The translations under genes were made by a program, and so were the position numbers. A DNA stretch of 63,859 bases, the filler included, from Choristocarpus tenellus KU-1152 (taxonomy: Eukaryota > Protista > Phaeophyceae): assembly GCA_964200185.2 (NCBI GenBank). It is 13 parts of 13 records of this genome, joined end to end, with 100 filler letters (N's around TTAATTAATTAA, not from the genome) between each part and the next. Parts side by side here need not be neighbours in the genome. Positions count along the whole stretch, not along the records: positions 1 to 4,551 come from CAXNAD020014033.1; positions 4,652 to 10,981 come from CAXNAD020008370.1; positions 11,082 to 14,792 come from CAXNAD020018366.1; positions 14,893 to 20,709 come from CAXNAD020009681.1; 9 more parts are not named here. One strand, 5' to 3'. Shown in pieces: positions 1-15,853 of the stretch. Position 1 is the first letter of the stretch, and every line of letters starts with the position of its first letter. Under the pieces are notes generated by a model. The model searched no databases. It had not been told where the DNA came from and worked only from the letters and a program-made list of their open reading frames with translations.

Positions 1-67
1 GTATAACGGTATATGGCATACGGCAATAACGGTATAATAACAGACAAACATGCTTTCCACAATACAT

Positions 68-145
68 TTTATTATTATGCCCTCTGACATTTTGCTGATT
101 TGTCAGGGGGAAACCAATGAAAACTATATACATATGTGTATATAA
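68..145 (-). mobile_element. Short 3'-terminal fragment of the CRE-like non-LTR retrotransposon (stem-loop + AAT tail)
   Basis: ttattatgccctctgacattttgctgatttgtcagggggaaaccaatgaa aligns by eye with 54598-54655 and 34981-35035. Confidence 0.7.
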
Positions 146-280
146 AATGTCCTATGCTTTCCACAATACATCATTAATAATCTGAAGATGGTTGGAACAT
201 ACGTTGACTACTACGTTGTCTGAGCGTTTGAAGGTTCTTCGATCCTTGTAACTCTCTCTTAACTTACTATTTGTGGTGCG

Positions 281-3757
<3,477 letters not shown>

Positions 3758-4414
3758 TAAAAGAAAAAGCTATTCTGTCAGTCCTGAATTACCTGGCTTG
3801 CTAAGTCCTTTTTGTTGCTTCACCTTGTTTCACAGGAGATTTTCCGTCTGGAACAGACTATGTGCCTGTGAACTAGAGGCACAAAACAAGGTATCTGACC
3901 TGCTCGTTTCAGGTTGACGCCGACCTCCTATCTCCGTTGCTTTTACGTCCTCTCAAAACCGAGTTGCCAGTGTGTATTGACGTTTTAGTCAACCACGGTG
4001 ACCTAAGTTGAGAATGACGACTTGAGTGTATAGGACGCATGCGGAGGTTCTGTGCGTTGGACATGTCGTCGGTTGGCCGGGTGAACGCGGGGACCATAGA
4101 GCTAACGATCACCTTGTTTGGCTCCTTGATTGAATAATGCCAAGTGGATATCCATGGTTCTCGACAGTTTCTACCCGACCCATTCTTCACCAGTAATCTG
4201 GTTATCGCTGGGTTCAGCATTTTTTTTTGGTGTTGCGGAAGTCTCTTCCAGCAGTACACACTTTTATATTATTACCTAGTGCTAGCGCACGCCTGATAGG
4301 GTTTTTGATCATCAAGAGAGGCGTGTGTAGGCGCGTGCGTGTTCAGAACGAAGTGGGTTAGTCGCGTAGGCGGGGACGGCTGGGTTTGGCTCTTGTTTTA
4401 GAGAATTTTTGTTG

Positions 4415-4551
4415 TAAATTCCTGCAGCACACTGTAACACCGGTACATTTTATTATTATTTTCTACAGGTGTAACTGCCTGCTGTACACCATAATACCAG
4501 TACTTTTTTTTTTTACTGTTGGAATTGCCTGCAGTACACCATAGTACCAGT
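4415..4551 (+). repeat. Three degenerate tandem copies of a ~50-bp unit (CCTGCAGTACACCATAGTACCAGTAC-like), cut by contig end
   Basis: Recurring aattcctgcagcacac / actgcctgctgtacacc / attgcctgcagtacacc segments separated by T-runs. Confidence 0.6.
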
Positions 4552-4651
4552 NNNNNNNNNNNNNNNNNNNNNNNNNNNNNNNNNNNNNNNNNNNNTTAAT
4601 TAATTAANNNNNNNNNNNNNNNNNNNNNNNNNNNNNNNNNNNNNNNNNNNN
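4552..4651. other. Artificial contig spacer (44N-TTAATTAATTAA-44N). Identical spacers at 10982-11081, 14793-14892, 20710-20809, 24068-24167, 27728-27827, 32305-32404, 38165-38264, 44218-44317, 49967-50066, 56114-56213, 61098-61197
   Basis: Exactly 100 bp each, with a palindromic core giving stop codons in all six frames. Confidence 0.98.
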
Positions 4652-5723
4652 CCAAAAAAGTGAAAATAGAAAAAAGGATGAAAAACGGACGCCGACACCC
4701 CCCCCCAGATATTTTGACCCTTTTCTTGTACAGTGAAGAGGTGACCCAGTGCACTAAATAACATGTGGAAATCTGATTTGATTAATCTTGTAACGTGCTC
4801 TGTGAAGAGGCTTATTGAATTACTGTAAGGTATGGCACTGGTCAGGGCTGTGGTCCAGGATAATAATGTATGCTCTGAGGAGAGGATTGTTCCCTTGTAT
4901 AGAAGATTGTGTGAACATATTAACTCTGAATTTTGTCCCATCCAGTTGTGTGTAGAGACACACTTATAGTAGAGTGAATTCGAATCTGAAGAGGGGGGCG
5001 AGACCTTGCAGAAAAAAATGTAAAACGAGATACCAGGGTTTTTGTTCTGTGATAAAAAAAAGAGACGCAAGTCTAACTCTTAGTCAACTCATGGGTGTGT
5101 CACATACTGACTGGGTTTATATCTTGGGGAATACCTACCAACTCCGGGGATGAAGCATACTATGACAATCCAGAGTGCAACATTAATCGTTATCACATAC
5201 CTCTCAAAGAGGTATTTATGCGACATGGGTAACTTGAACGTTAAGAAACCATTTACAGTATTCAGTCAACAGTCGAAACTAGTTGATAGTACTGAGCTGT
5301 ATCCATGGTGTAGGAGGCAGCCTATGTTTAAAAATCTATAATACGACTTGACATCTAAGTGCATTTTGGTGTTGCACAAGTGAGGTTTAAACTACAGGTT
5401 TAAACCACTTAAAAACAATACATAGGACCTTAAACTACTACTGAAACGGGGTGCTACCTGCAATGCAATGAAGTAGAGGAATGTCCACTGCAGTATACCA
5501 CCTGCCATCGTTCACCTGATTTCCTCTCAGAAAAAACGCGTTATTTGAAGCAGAACTGACCTTCTTCTAACCCCATACAGATGAGAAAAGCTGAGGGACT
5601 GCATAATAGGGAATGATTATATGACACACTTCAAATCCTTGTGACGAAACCCTTAGCAATTATTACATGCTTGGAAATTAAGACTTATGCTGAAGGATGG
5701 AGTGCTGATCAAGTGTCGCGTAC

Positions 5724-8700
5724 CTGCCCAGCTGTCCGAAAAGCTCGATTTGCCGGTCAGATTGGAACTAGACCTGAAAGCGTAGATTGAACCTCCATTC
5801 AAACCAGCGGTATTCCCCGTGAACAAATTCTTGTAACTCATATCAAGACTTGAACCATTATACAATGCTATAGCCCCTCCATTAAAACCTGGACATCATG
5901 ACGCCAAAGTGATTTAACGGATAAAGCACATGTCTATTTGGTAGCAAGTGAAACAAAATCTACAGTCATTAATAAACAGAATGATTAGATGACATACTTG
6001 AAGTCCTTGCAATAAACCTTAGGAGTTGTTGCATACTTGGACAATGCAGAGATATGCTGAAGGATCAAGTGTTGCTCACCTGCTGAGCTGTCCGAAAAGC
6101 TTGATTCACCAGTCAGGTTAGTACTAGACCCGAGAATAGCATAGATCGACCCTCCAAATTCATTAGCAGCATTTCCAGTGAACACATTCTTCGAACTCAT
6201 GTCCAGACTTGAATTTCCATACAATCCTATGGCTCCTCCATTAAAACCTGAACGTCACACCATGCAGGTATTACAAGGACGAAGTAGTGTCTATTCGATG
6301 GCAATCAATTTAGAATCTGTAGACACAGTTACAAGTTCACATCATTTGTGGTATTGAATATGTGACTGTCTCGTGCCATCAGGCAAAGTGCAACTAGTAT
6401 ATAACATAAAATATGTGCGCCATGATGGTACATGATGAGACAATTGTGTGCCGTACGTGTTCCACACATGCAGCCCAGGAAAAGCAAAAAATAATTCTGG
6501 GCTCAGCTCTGAGGCACACAAGGTTTTGAATCTACTACCAAGGATTTCATATTCTATTGCCATCGCATTGTATATTCACACTACTAAAACAAAATATACA
6601 CACTTGTACTCTGAGTATATGCTATCTCCCTGAGGCATGAGGCCACAAGGTTTTCAAAGCATACTTCTTGGACACAATGATATTTCGATATTTTATCACA
6701 ACAATAGTACTTTCAAGCACCGTGATTTCATGGTCTACCTCCTGTAGAACATACACCAAGCACCCATCACATCTGTTGCAAATGTATTGGGCATTCAAGA
6801 ATGGTGTCATCACCTGCAGCTTACAATGTGGAGATGTACCTCAATAGGTGGACCAAACTTTGTGCAATATCTACTTCGCCTAGTTTCATAAGCGCACCAA
6901 AATGATGCACGATCAAGGCTCTTGAGCCTCGTCTCATGTTTTAGTTGGATAATAGTTGTTACTATAGGCTTGTAGAAGACCATGACGATCATTGAAAATT
7001 CAACATGCACACATATACTCTGTCTTAGAAACAATAAAATTCCGATTTCTCATTGGTCAATGTGCACAAAATCGATTCGCCTGGCATCGCTTCAGGGTAT
7101 GCCTCCAAGCCACTTGGCGTAATATTCTCCTAACGTTGTGCACTCCTCCCCAACAATGGAAATTCAACAAGTATTCAAGCAGAATATTTTTTGGTAGAAC
7201 CCTGGTGTCACACTACTCGATAGATTTCTCAAACCTGATGACCTGGAATGCATGAGTTCATCGACAAGGTAGGGCACCCAACCCCCTCGGAAATAAAACC
7301 TCATTTTTTTAGTACTTTGGAACTGTAGTACTAGGACTATCTTAGACTGCTGCGGGAGCTCTAGTTGAGTGATACTCGATCGAACAAACTCGTCTCATCA
7401 TTGACACATTGGGTTTCAGGTTGTGCAGTAGAGCAGATTGGAGTTCTGGCATAGGCATGTCCATAGATATCCATGCTCACCTGCATAGTTCCTTGAGAAG
7501 ATCGAGTCAGCCCTGGCCATTATTGTAGAGTTGACACGGCCATAAATGGCTCCACCAAGAACACCAGCGCTGTTGTCTTCAAAAGAGGCCTTGCCATGCA
7601 GCTCCATGATTCCATCATCACTTAAGTATACTGCACCACCATGTTCACCTGTGTTCGCAACAGGTATTAATAACATAACAGGACGTACTCACAAAACACA
7701 CCAGCTCTCACGTGTTTCCAAACTCACCCACGACAGAAGTTGACTGGTGAGAGGGACAAAGTGCATTCTACTCTGCCTCTTCATATTTGCTGTTTCACTA
7801 TTTTAATTTTTTTAAACTTTTGACATCCAAGAAGAGGGGAAGGTTAGCACTACTAATGTTTGTGCGATGACATCTTTGGAAGTGATACATGTACATCCTA
7901 AAGGTGCCAGACTCACGTTATCAGAGTAGATTGATTGATCTCAACACGAAATATTTCTAAGTCAGAAAAAAAAAATCGGCTGAAGTACGAAATATAGCAC
8001 TTTCGACGCTAGAAAGCCTTCTTTTGATCATAGGTCGACATATACATGCCGTTTACAGCTCTCTTTGGCAGGAGGGCCTATTTAAAGGTATGCACAGCGA
8101 TGTTTATCATCTTCGATCAAGACTAGAGTATATTGCAACCTATTGGACGAGGAAAAATGATAGTTGAAAGAGAATTGACCTGTATTGAAAGGTATATTGA
8201 TCAATGTCAATTACGAGTTAATTTTTTGTCTGTGTCACACTTCTTACTTCTTACTGAGTATGTATTGGTCCTAACAACTGTATCATGTCGTTAAGAAAGG
8301 CCTTCAGGCGAGTACAGCAATCACAGGCTGCGGTGTTGTGTCCATCGTGTTTTCTCATACATCCTTCTTTCGTCCCCACAACATCCGTAAAATATGAGTT
8401 GGCAATAAATTAGATGTATGCACTGGTACGTTCGAAAGTGCGCTCCTGTTGATCATTAGCCTGCACTCATTCGTCTCTTCTACCACAATCATAACAGAAA
8501 TTAACACTATAAGTTTTGGCGCAGGAAGCTTGGCAGTAGGAGGAAAATTATTAGAATTATATGGAGTACATGTTGTGTCGTTTGTACACTTTATTCACGA
8601 TCAGTAATTATGGATACCTCTATTGCTGGGAGGAGTCGCACATATTTCATCGCCGTACGTCTTACGTCAGACTTACGACTGGTGGGACACCAGTACATAA

Positions 8701-9412
8701 TAAATATATCAGTCAGTGCGATAAATGCGGCAAAGGAGGAGCTACCAAAGTTTTGAGAAATGTATCTTGAACATTTCTATATGGCGAGAGGTGATCTGTG
8801 GAGTTGTATTGGAAGACTGATCTACCGTTCAGGTTCACACTAGAGAATTAAGAGTAGCGTGTGTGGAACAACACCATTTCTATAAGGTGATAGCTGACCT
8901 GCGAAGTTGTATTGGAAGGCTGATTTACCGTTCAGGTTCACACTGGAAGCAAAAGTAGCGTGTATGGCACCACCCCGACCCGATGCAGTATTACCGGAAA
9001 ACGAACAGTTGATTCCGCTGAACAACGAGTCACTGATATGGATGGCTCCACCATCAACAGCGTTCCCATTGGTGAGCCCCAAGTTGAGCAAGTGAAGCTG
9101 TGACCACTGCGACACCAAGAAGAGTTGATTGCTGCCCTCCCCGTTGATGATCGCAGGTACCGAGTCATCAGACGGTAAGCTATTGCCATGGATCTTAAGT
9201 GTTGTTGCGCCAGATACATTGAACGGTGAACTGATTATTATACTCCCCATCCATGTCACATCGAAAGTCCCCCCTGAACAGTTCAAGGCCTGAGCCAAAT
9301 TCCATGCATCGGTCGAATCCTCCACGTAAAGGTTGCGTGTGGTGGGGAGACAAGGATCAGCAGTCGCATGCGCCAACGCCAGCAAGGTGCACAGAAGAAA
9401 GTCAATCTTCAT
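5724..9412 (-). CDS. Secreted Pmp/adhesin-like beta-helix repeat protein (GGAI/FxxN repeats), 5' part; exons 9412-8899, 7648-7481, 6247-6080, 5888-5724
   Basis: Signal peptide MKIDFLLCTLLALAHATA, then repeated N-x-A-x-x-GGA[IV] and F-x-x-N motifs typical of chlamydial-type polymorphic membrane protein repeats. All introns are GT-AG phase 1. Internal exons are 168, 168 and 165 bp. Confidence 0.85.
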
Positions 9413-11081
9413 AGTCCCAAGTGCGCTAAATCAAGAGTCTCCACACACTGAATCGTTTCGTGACCTCTTCCCTTCTCTTGAGGGAACAGTTCCACGTGGT
9501 GGTAGTTAGGAAGTTAAGGGGTGTTGTGGACATTAGGTGAGATGTGTAGAGTGTTAATCCGGAAGTTGTTGGGTGGATTAGAGTTCAAGGTATATTCCTA
9601 GTTTGGTCGTTATGTCTATCATTCTGAAGATGTGATATGTCAGTATAAGCCCTAAGGAAATAAAATATCATAAACATGTAAACAAATAAACGTGAAAAAC
9701 ACTGTAAAACACTATAAATGTGAAAAACTCGTCTCTATGATAGTTTCTTCTGTGTTTCTTGTGGTCCCTGTGACGCCGCATCTTGGTAGTTTGACCGGAT
9801 ACCTCTTCTAAGAGTCCAGTAAATACCCTTCTCAATTCCCAACTCCTAACCAATCTCACTGATTCAAATCATTGGGATATATACATTTTTGGGACATATT
9901 CTTGTGGAGAATTGGGTGAGACTACGAGCATCGTCATATTGATGGAGAGAAACAAATACACTTAATAACGACATACACTTATAGTTCTCTGTAGAATCGT
10001 TGAATCCTTGAAGCAAACATATTCCGCCGAGAGAGACCAGAACTATTTTAACGTAATGTCATACACATACATTCTTTAACATTTTGGAAAGGCCGAAAGA
10101 ATAAATTGGAAATAACGGATAGTTGTTGTAACATGAAATTTGTGGAAAAATATAATGGTTTCTTGAAGTTTTACAATTGACAGAACTATTTCGCAAAATG
10201 ATTTCGTTTTGATTCTATATTGATATTTGTACTATACTGATTACTAATTACAGTTTCACATCATAGACAAGAGTAAATAGTTACGTTACTAAATATTACT
10301 TATTCCTCCACTTCCATGAAGAGAACAATTTTGAAACAATTCGAGATCCATCCAGAAAGTATATCAATTGAAACCGCTTAATCTCAGATTTCACATGCCC
10401 AAACATTTCGATGGGAAATTCATTGAGTGTTGAGTGTGACTTAGTTTTCTAGCAAAATGTTTTGGTGAATTCAAAATATAAATTATTCGAATTCTCACTT
10501 TATTCTTCATCAAAGTTCTGTAATCATTCTCGTTCATATTTCAATATATTTAGATAATGTATTGTTCTTGTTCATTTCGTTGGGAAATGTAAATATGAAA
10601 CAATGATCGATTGGATCCTGAACGTATTTTTGGGTCATAAGAACACGCATGCGTTGAATGGTTTGGTTCAAAAATATGAGTATCTCAACTTTTTACATAT
10701 TCGTCTAAAGTATTACCAAATAATAGCGTTACCTCTCTGGAGCAATCTTGCTTTTTCAGTATATTACCACAAGCTATATATATATATCAAACGAAAGCTT
10801 TTGACAAGAGCTTTTCAAGATTTGTATTACAGTGGGTTACCCTATTTTGGGCCAAATTTTATTAACCAAATCGAAAAATATGCAATTTTTGACTGCTTTT
10901 TTCGACCTGCTCCAAAAAAGTATTTTGTACCGGAATTCTCGTATTCGGGCGATTTGGCACAAAATCCCAGAGATATTCACGNNNNNNNNNNNNNNNNNNN
11001 NNNNNNNNNNNNNNNNNNNNNNNNNTTAATTAATTAANNNNNNNNNNNNNNNNNNNNNNNNNNNNNNNNNNNNNNNNNNNN

Positions 11082-11118
11082 GTGTAGAACCCCCCCCCCC
11101 TCCCAGATACTTTGGGTC
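11082..11118 (+). mobile_element. MITE family B right end, cut by contig start
   Basis: gtgtagaaccc...cccagatactttgggtc matches the right end of 45048-45227. Confidence 0.8.
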
Positions 11119-12232
11119 AAATCTGAGACCATGGCAATCCTCAACTTCGAGCTGTTGCACAAAACTTCAGTGTAGTGGGCTCGCTCTCTCTCTCCTTGGA
11201 CTAGAGCTGCAGCCAGGGTTGCAAATTTTTATCATGGGTAAAGTTGGATCCAGTGTACATAGTCTGGAGAAGAGGTGCAATACTGTTGGCAGAGGTTGGA
11301 AGGGTCTTGGCATTGATTTTCCAGAAAGTACGATATGTATTTCCAAGCCACTCAGTTTCCTTGGAAGAGGAATTAACTAACTTGAAACACAAGCACTGAC
11401 TAGTAGACTTCTGTGAAAAAATATTTCTCACCAAATTGTTGCTGTGAGGAAAGTTTGCAAGAGCATTCATTACCCCCACCACACTGCTTTCGTTGTTATC
11501 TCCCCCGAAATATATTCTACCTTCACTACCCTCTTGAACCCCCTCTTAAATTCAGCATTTTTTTTTTTGTGCAAAGACCCCTACTCCTGCAAGAGAATCA
11601 ACACTATGGGTTTGTCCTCTATAGTTCAGGCCATGGTGTGCAATACCCAATGATGCCACCCCGCAAGTGGCTTCACTACTGACTGGGGTCGCTATAGTGG
11701 TGGTTGCTTGCATTGTCAATTGTATCTATGATCAGAAAGAGCTCATGCTAGAACCTAAAAAGGCGTGTAACGGATTTACTACACTGAACCACCAATCGAG
11801 GAGGAACTTGGGCAGAGCATGTTTTTGACAGATCTTCAAGGGTTTCATAAAAATGGAAAGGGAGATAGATTATATAAGAAAATGTTCACATGCTAGGAGG
11901 GTCGAAGGAGGTGATAGGGTGAGGCCCCTCAAACAAACTCTGAATGGCTCCTCTCGCTGATGTTGTAATGCCAACAGGTCAAAAACATGAATACACCTGG
12001 ACTTGTACCATTGTTACGAAGAAATACACAGAAGAGAATTTCGCCTTGTAGAACATCTCAAGATCCTTGGAAGAGGAATTAACTACTTTGAATCCTTGGA
12101 TGGGGTCTCACTGTATGCCAGTAGAACACTAAGCCCTCAAACTATTTTGACTTGAGCTGAGATGAATTGTGAGAGTCAATTGAGATGTCTAAGATCAAAG
12201 AATTTTCTGCCTGTGCTGACGTGGACAAAGGT

Positions 12233-12491
12233 GAGTCAAAGTATCTCAGAGGGTAGAGTCGCGTCCATTTGGGGACCAAAATCCAATGTTGCAATTTTGA
12301 TGTAATTTTGGCTATCATGGTTGTTAGAAGATATCAATATCCTTGTTCTGGACACATCTTTTCATAACGTAGGTATTTTACCTACTCCAAAATTGTTTTG
12401 GAGTAGGTAACTGTCATTAAAAACCCGTGGGAAACCAAGGCCCAAACGGACAAACAGGGAAAAACTCGTACCCTCTAAGATACTTTCACTC
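12233..12491 (+). mobile_element. MITE family A, full length, TSD AGGT
   Basis: TIRs GAGTCAAAGTATCTCAGAGGGTA / TACCCTCTAAGATACTTTCACTC; flanks aggt|...|aggt; eight related copies in the window. Confidence 0.92.
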
Positions 12492-12899
12492 AGGTTGGAA
12501 TCTTCAAATGAACCTTCAACTTCGTTCACCTGCGAAGAAAAAATGTTGCGAAAGATTGGACTTCCAAGCAGCCCCTCATAAAAAAAGCCCTGATCTTGTT
12601 AAAACAACTGATATGGCATTATCGAAACCCAGCACTGCAACACCTCTTTGTCTAAGGCTGGGTGTTATCAGTGTTATTGAGCTATCACCAAGAATAATAA
12701 AGAGGGGTGTGTCACTGACCTACATTGTCTCCTCAATTTCATTGATGGTTTACACCAATGTTTTGTGTGTTCTAAGAGACAATATTATAGCACATCAGTA
12801 CTGGTCAATAATCAATTATCGATCAATATAAAATATCTTTGTTTTTATCAGTAGAGGTGGTCCTGGATATATTCGTTTAATACCTCCATGTGTCTTTCA

Positions 12900-14400
12900 A
12901 TACAAGGTTTGGGGAAGTTCTTGGTAAGACTGTCATAAAAAGTTATTTCCACGTATGCTGAATGCCAACATCCTGCTTTTTAACCGAGTCCTTCATGTAG
13001 GCTAATCTGATGTGATGTACCACTGTCAGATCCATCTGTGATTAGCCAGTTGTATATCGCTGTTGTTATCTATCGAAACTGTTTCTGAACTGTTAGACTG
13101 ATTTGTCAATTTCATGTAGAATTGACCTCCAACAAACATGCAATTACTTCTGCTTCAGTAAATGAAGTAGGTGCAGTATTCTGTCTCTTAGACTCACCGA
13201 CTGCAGCAGCATTTCCACGGAAAAATAACCACCGGTAGATCTCAGGTTTCTGTTCTTCTAAGAAGCACCCGAAAAAAAAACGTGTTCACCTCTTTTTTAT
13301 GTCATGTATAGGCCAGCTGTCTAGTTCATATATCTCAATGCCGTTTTGCAACAAGAACGTCATTAGGATCAGGGACAAGGTTCATTCATGGATTGAGATA
13401 ATTGCGAGAGAGCAAACTCCAAATCCCGGGGTGGTGCAAGATTATAGATGCAGTAATGATCCAGTTGTCTGTAGGTAACGCTTGCTTCGATCTTTATCTC
13501 GCTATATGTCTTTTGGAGTCCTTCTGTCTAGTGGGTACTTGTCTCCTGGCGATGTAGTGTCGTTGCACTCAGACATGTTGTATCTAGATATTATGATGTT
13601 ACCGTATTTATCTTAGGATAATTACATTGTGCTTTTGGCATCATCGTATGTCACTCATATACCTGTTATTTGTAAGACTCCAATGCATTTCATTCCAAAC
13701 CTATCCATAAAATATTTCTTAAGTTGACTCACCAGTAGACCGGAGTTTCCAAACGTTTTAAGGCGTCATAAACATGCAAGGATGGTATTACAATTTTCGT
13801 TTCGTTTCCTTTCAATATACGTACCTTAATTGAAACTGAATTTCACAAGTTTGTTAAGTCCATGTTTCGATTTCTGAGAGATTTCTTTAACCCACAAAGG
13901 CTTCCTTTTAGCTTGCAAACAAGGACTTCATCCAGTCGATTGAGTATCCCTGTCAATAAAACCTGGGCCTTGGCCTACATACATCTCTCCTACTTGGAAC
14001 ATAAAGGCTCACAAGAATGTGCTGCCTGTGTCCAAACGTCTGACTTCCCAATTTGTATTGTTTGCGATCATGGGCAGTAGCATGATGATGCTCATTATTC
14101 TACAAATTAGACTGTAAGAGATTGAGTAATTTGTTCCACGCACTTACTTGACTACACCCTTGAGGTACCCATCTGGCCTTGTAGCTGTCATCAGGTTTCC
14201 TTCTAAAAATCCATCTTGTGGAAATATTCTTAGGCTTTGGGGGTGCCTGAAGGAAGTTGAAAACATGGTGAGGTCTTGTGTTACTCGTTTATTTCCTAAT
14301 TGCTTCTAACAATCATTCTTTGACAGAGGAGTTCAACATACGCGTTGAATGTGGAAGGGCAATTAGAGATACCAGAATTAATGCAATCAATATTGAGGTC
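12900..14400 (-). mobile_element. Decayed Ty1/copia pol remnant (RT + RNase H) with stops and frameshifts
   Basis: Minus-strand fragments in copia order: KNISTRWIFRRKPDDSYKARWVPQG, NWEVRRLDTGSTFL, VCKLKGSLCGLKKSLRN, SKRQNTAPTSFTEAEVIAC, IDNNSDIQLAN. They match the copia motifs KWVFKxK/YKARLVA, VCKLxKSLYGLKQ, SKKQxxVALSSTEAEY and DNQSAIxLA. Confidence 0.85.
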
Positions 14401-14723
14401 AGTTGATAGATCTGCAAACAATGAGGTTGGGTCTGTAGATTCCTTGTCAGTCAGATGACAACTCCTCTTCATCAAGTGACTTATCTGGTTTTCGATTTCC
14501 CAATTCAATGGTTGGCTTATTCTCGTGATTAGCAGTACATACTGATCCCAGTCCAGGTGTACTATACGTCATCGAACTTGTAAGCATTCTAGCCCTGATA
14601 GTACTTGTTTCAGCACAAGGTCATCATTCACTTCAGGACTGGGCGACGAATCAATGTCTTTATCGACAGAGAGTTCATTTTGAGTGTTCTCGTTTCCACT
14701 GGATAAACTTTCTCTTCATCTTT

Positions 14724-14792
14724 GACTCAAAGTATCTGGGAGGGGGTGGCGGCTGTCCATTTGGGGTCAATTTATTCATTTCGCAATTTTTG
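14724..14792 (+). mobile_element. MITE family B left end, cut by contig end (similar truncated left end at 20647-20709)
   Basis: gactcaaagtatctgggagggggtggcggctgtccatttggggtc matches the left end of 45048-45227. Confidence 0.85.
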
Positions 14793-14892
14793 NNNNNNNN
14801 NNNNNNNNNNNNNNNNNNNNNNNNNNNNNNNNNNNNTTAATTAATTAANNNNNNNNNNNNNNNNNNNNNNNNNNNNNNNNNNNNNNNNNNNN

Positions 14893-15047
14893 GCTCCATC
14901 CCCAATTTTGAAAATCGTCTGTTATGTCGAGATTTTTGTGTGATTTGGTTCCATACGTCAGATGGATAATGTAAGTGCACTTTTCCTGGTTATGGCGCAA
15001 ATGGACACCCTGGTGTAGACTGCCCCATCCCCCTAGATATTTGGGTC
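14893..15047 (+). mobile_element. Right end of a family D MITE (14893-14923) nested in the right part of a family B MITE (14924-15047)
   Basis: gctccatccccaattttgaaaatcgtctgtt matches the family D TIR. The following sequence matches family B internal sequence and its right TIR (ccctagatatttgggtc). Confidence 0.75.
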
Positions 15048-15853
15048 TTTAGTATCTAGAGCTCTCAAACTCTTGTTGGTGGCTGACTATTATTTATCAC
15101 ACAGAGGTAGTAGATGCATGAAAATACAATACTAGCAATGACAGACCTCGACCTCCACATAACACTCCATCCCCGATCTTTCTGAGAGAGGGGATAGGTT
15201 CATAGGAGGCTGAGAAGCTGCCATCCGAGGCTGAGGAGGATTGACTCAGGGGATGTCGAGAACTGCAAGTTCGTGCCGTTGAGGATACCCACGCGCCCAC
15301 ACTACTCCTGTAGCACGGGTTCAGTGGAGGTTCCATAAGCCCCAATCATATCCCCGAACTCGATGGTTGCGATCGGAACGGTATAATGTCAAGAAATTTA
15401 TGATACCCTACCTACCCCCCTTGTCTTCCCACGCCACCAAGGGCAAAATGATCGATAACTAATCTGATCCATATTATGGGACAGTATCTATTATTCTCCT
15501 ATTTTGTCATAATAATTGAAAAATCAGACGAGTTTCCTCCTATAAGACCAGTTCAAAGGGAGGAAGTGAATATGTATACCTCACTAAAGCGACGGACGCC
15601 CTGGTGAGTGGTTTGCTGTCACGCCTGGTTCAACTAATGGAAAATGGTGGTCAAGATGTTGAGAGTCGAGATGGGCCATTGAAGTGCCGTTTCAAGTCGG
15701 ACATACGAAACGGCACAACCCGCCATCATCAAAACATTATTAGAATAGTGTGAACAATAAATGATGACAATGTGCACATCCCTATTACTGTATTGACTGT
15801 GAACTGTATATTGATGGTAGGCCTATCTGGTACAGCCCCTATGTCCTGCTTCG

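Noticed and set aside
4596-4607. Regularly recurring TTAATTAATTAA palindrome as a biological element
   Set aside because: Always centred in 44+44 N; an artificial six-frame-stop linker.
12427-12831. Recurring similar short ORFs (e.g. GQAPNGQ, MDAALPS peptides) as a gene family
   Set aside because: They are translations of MITE family A copies.
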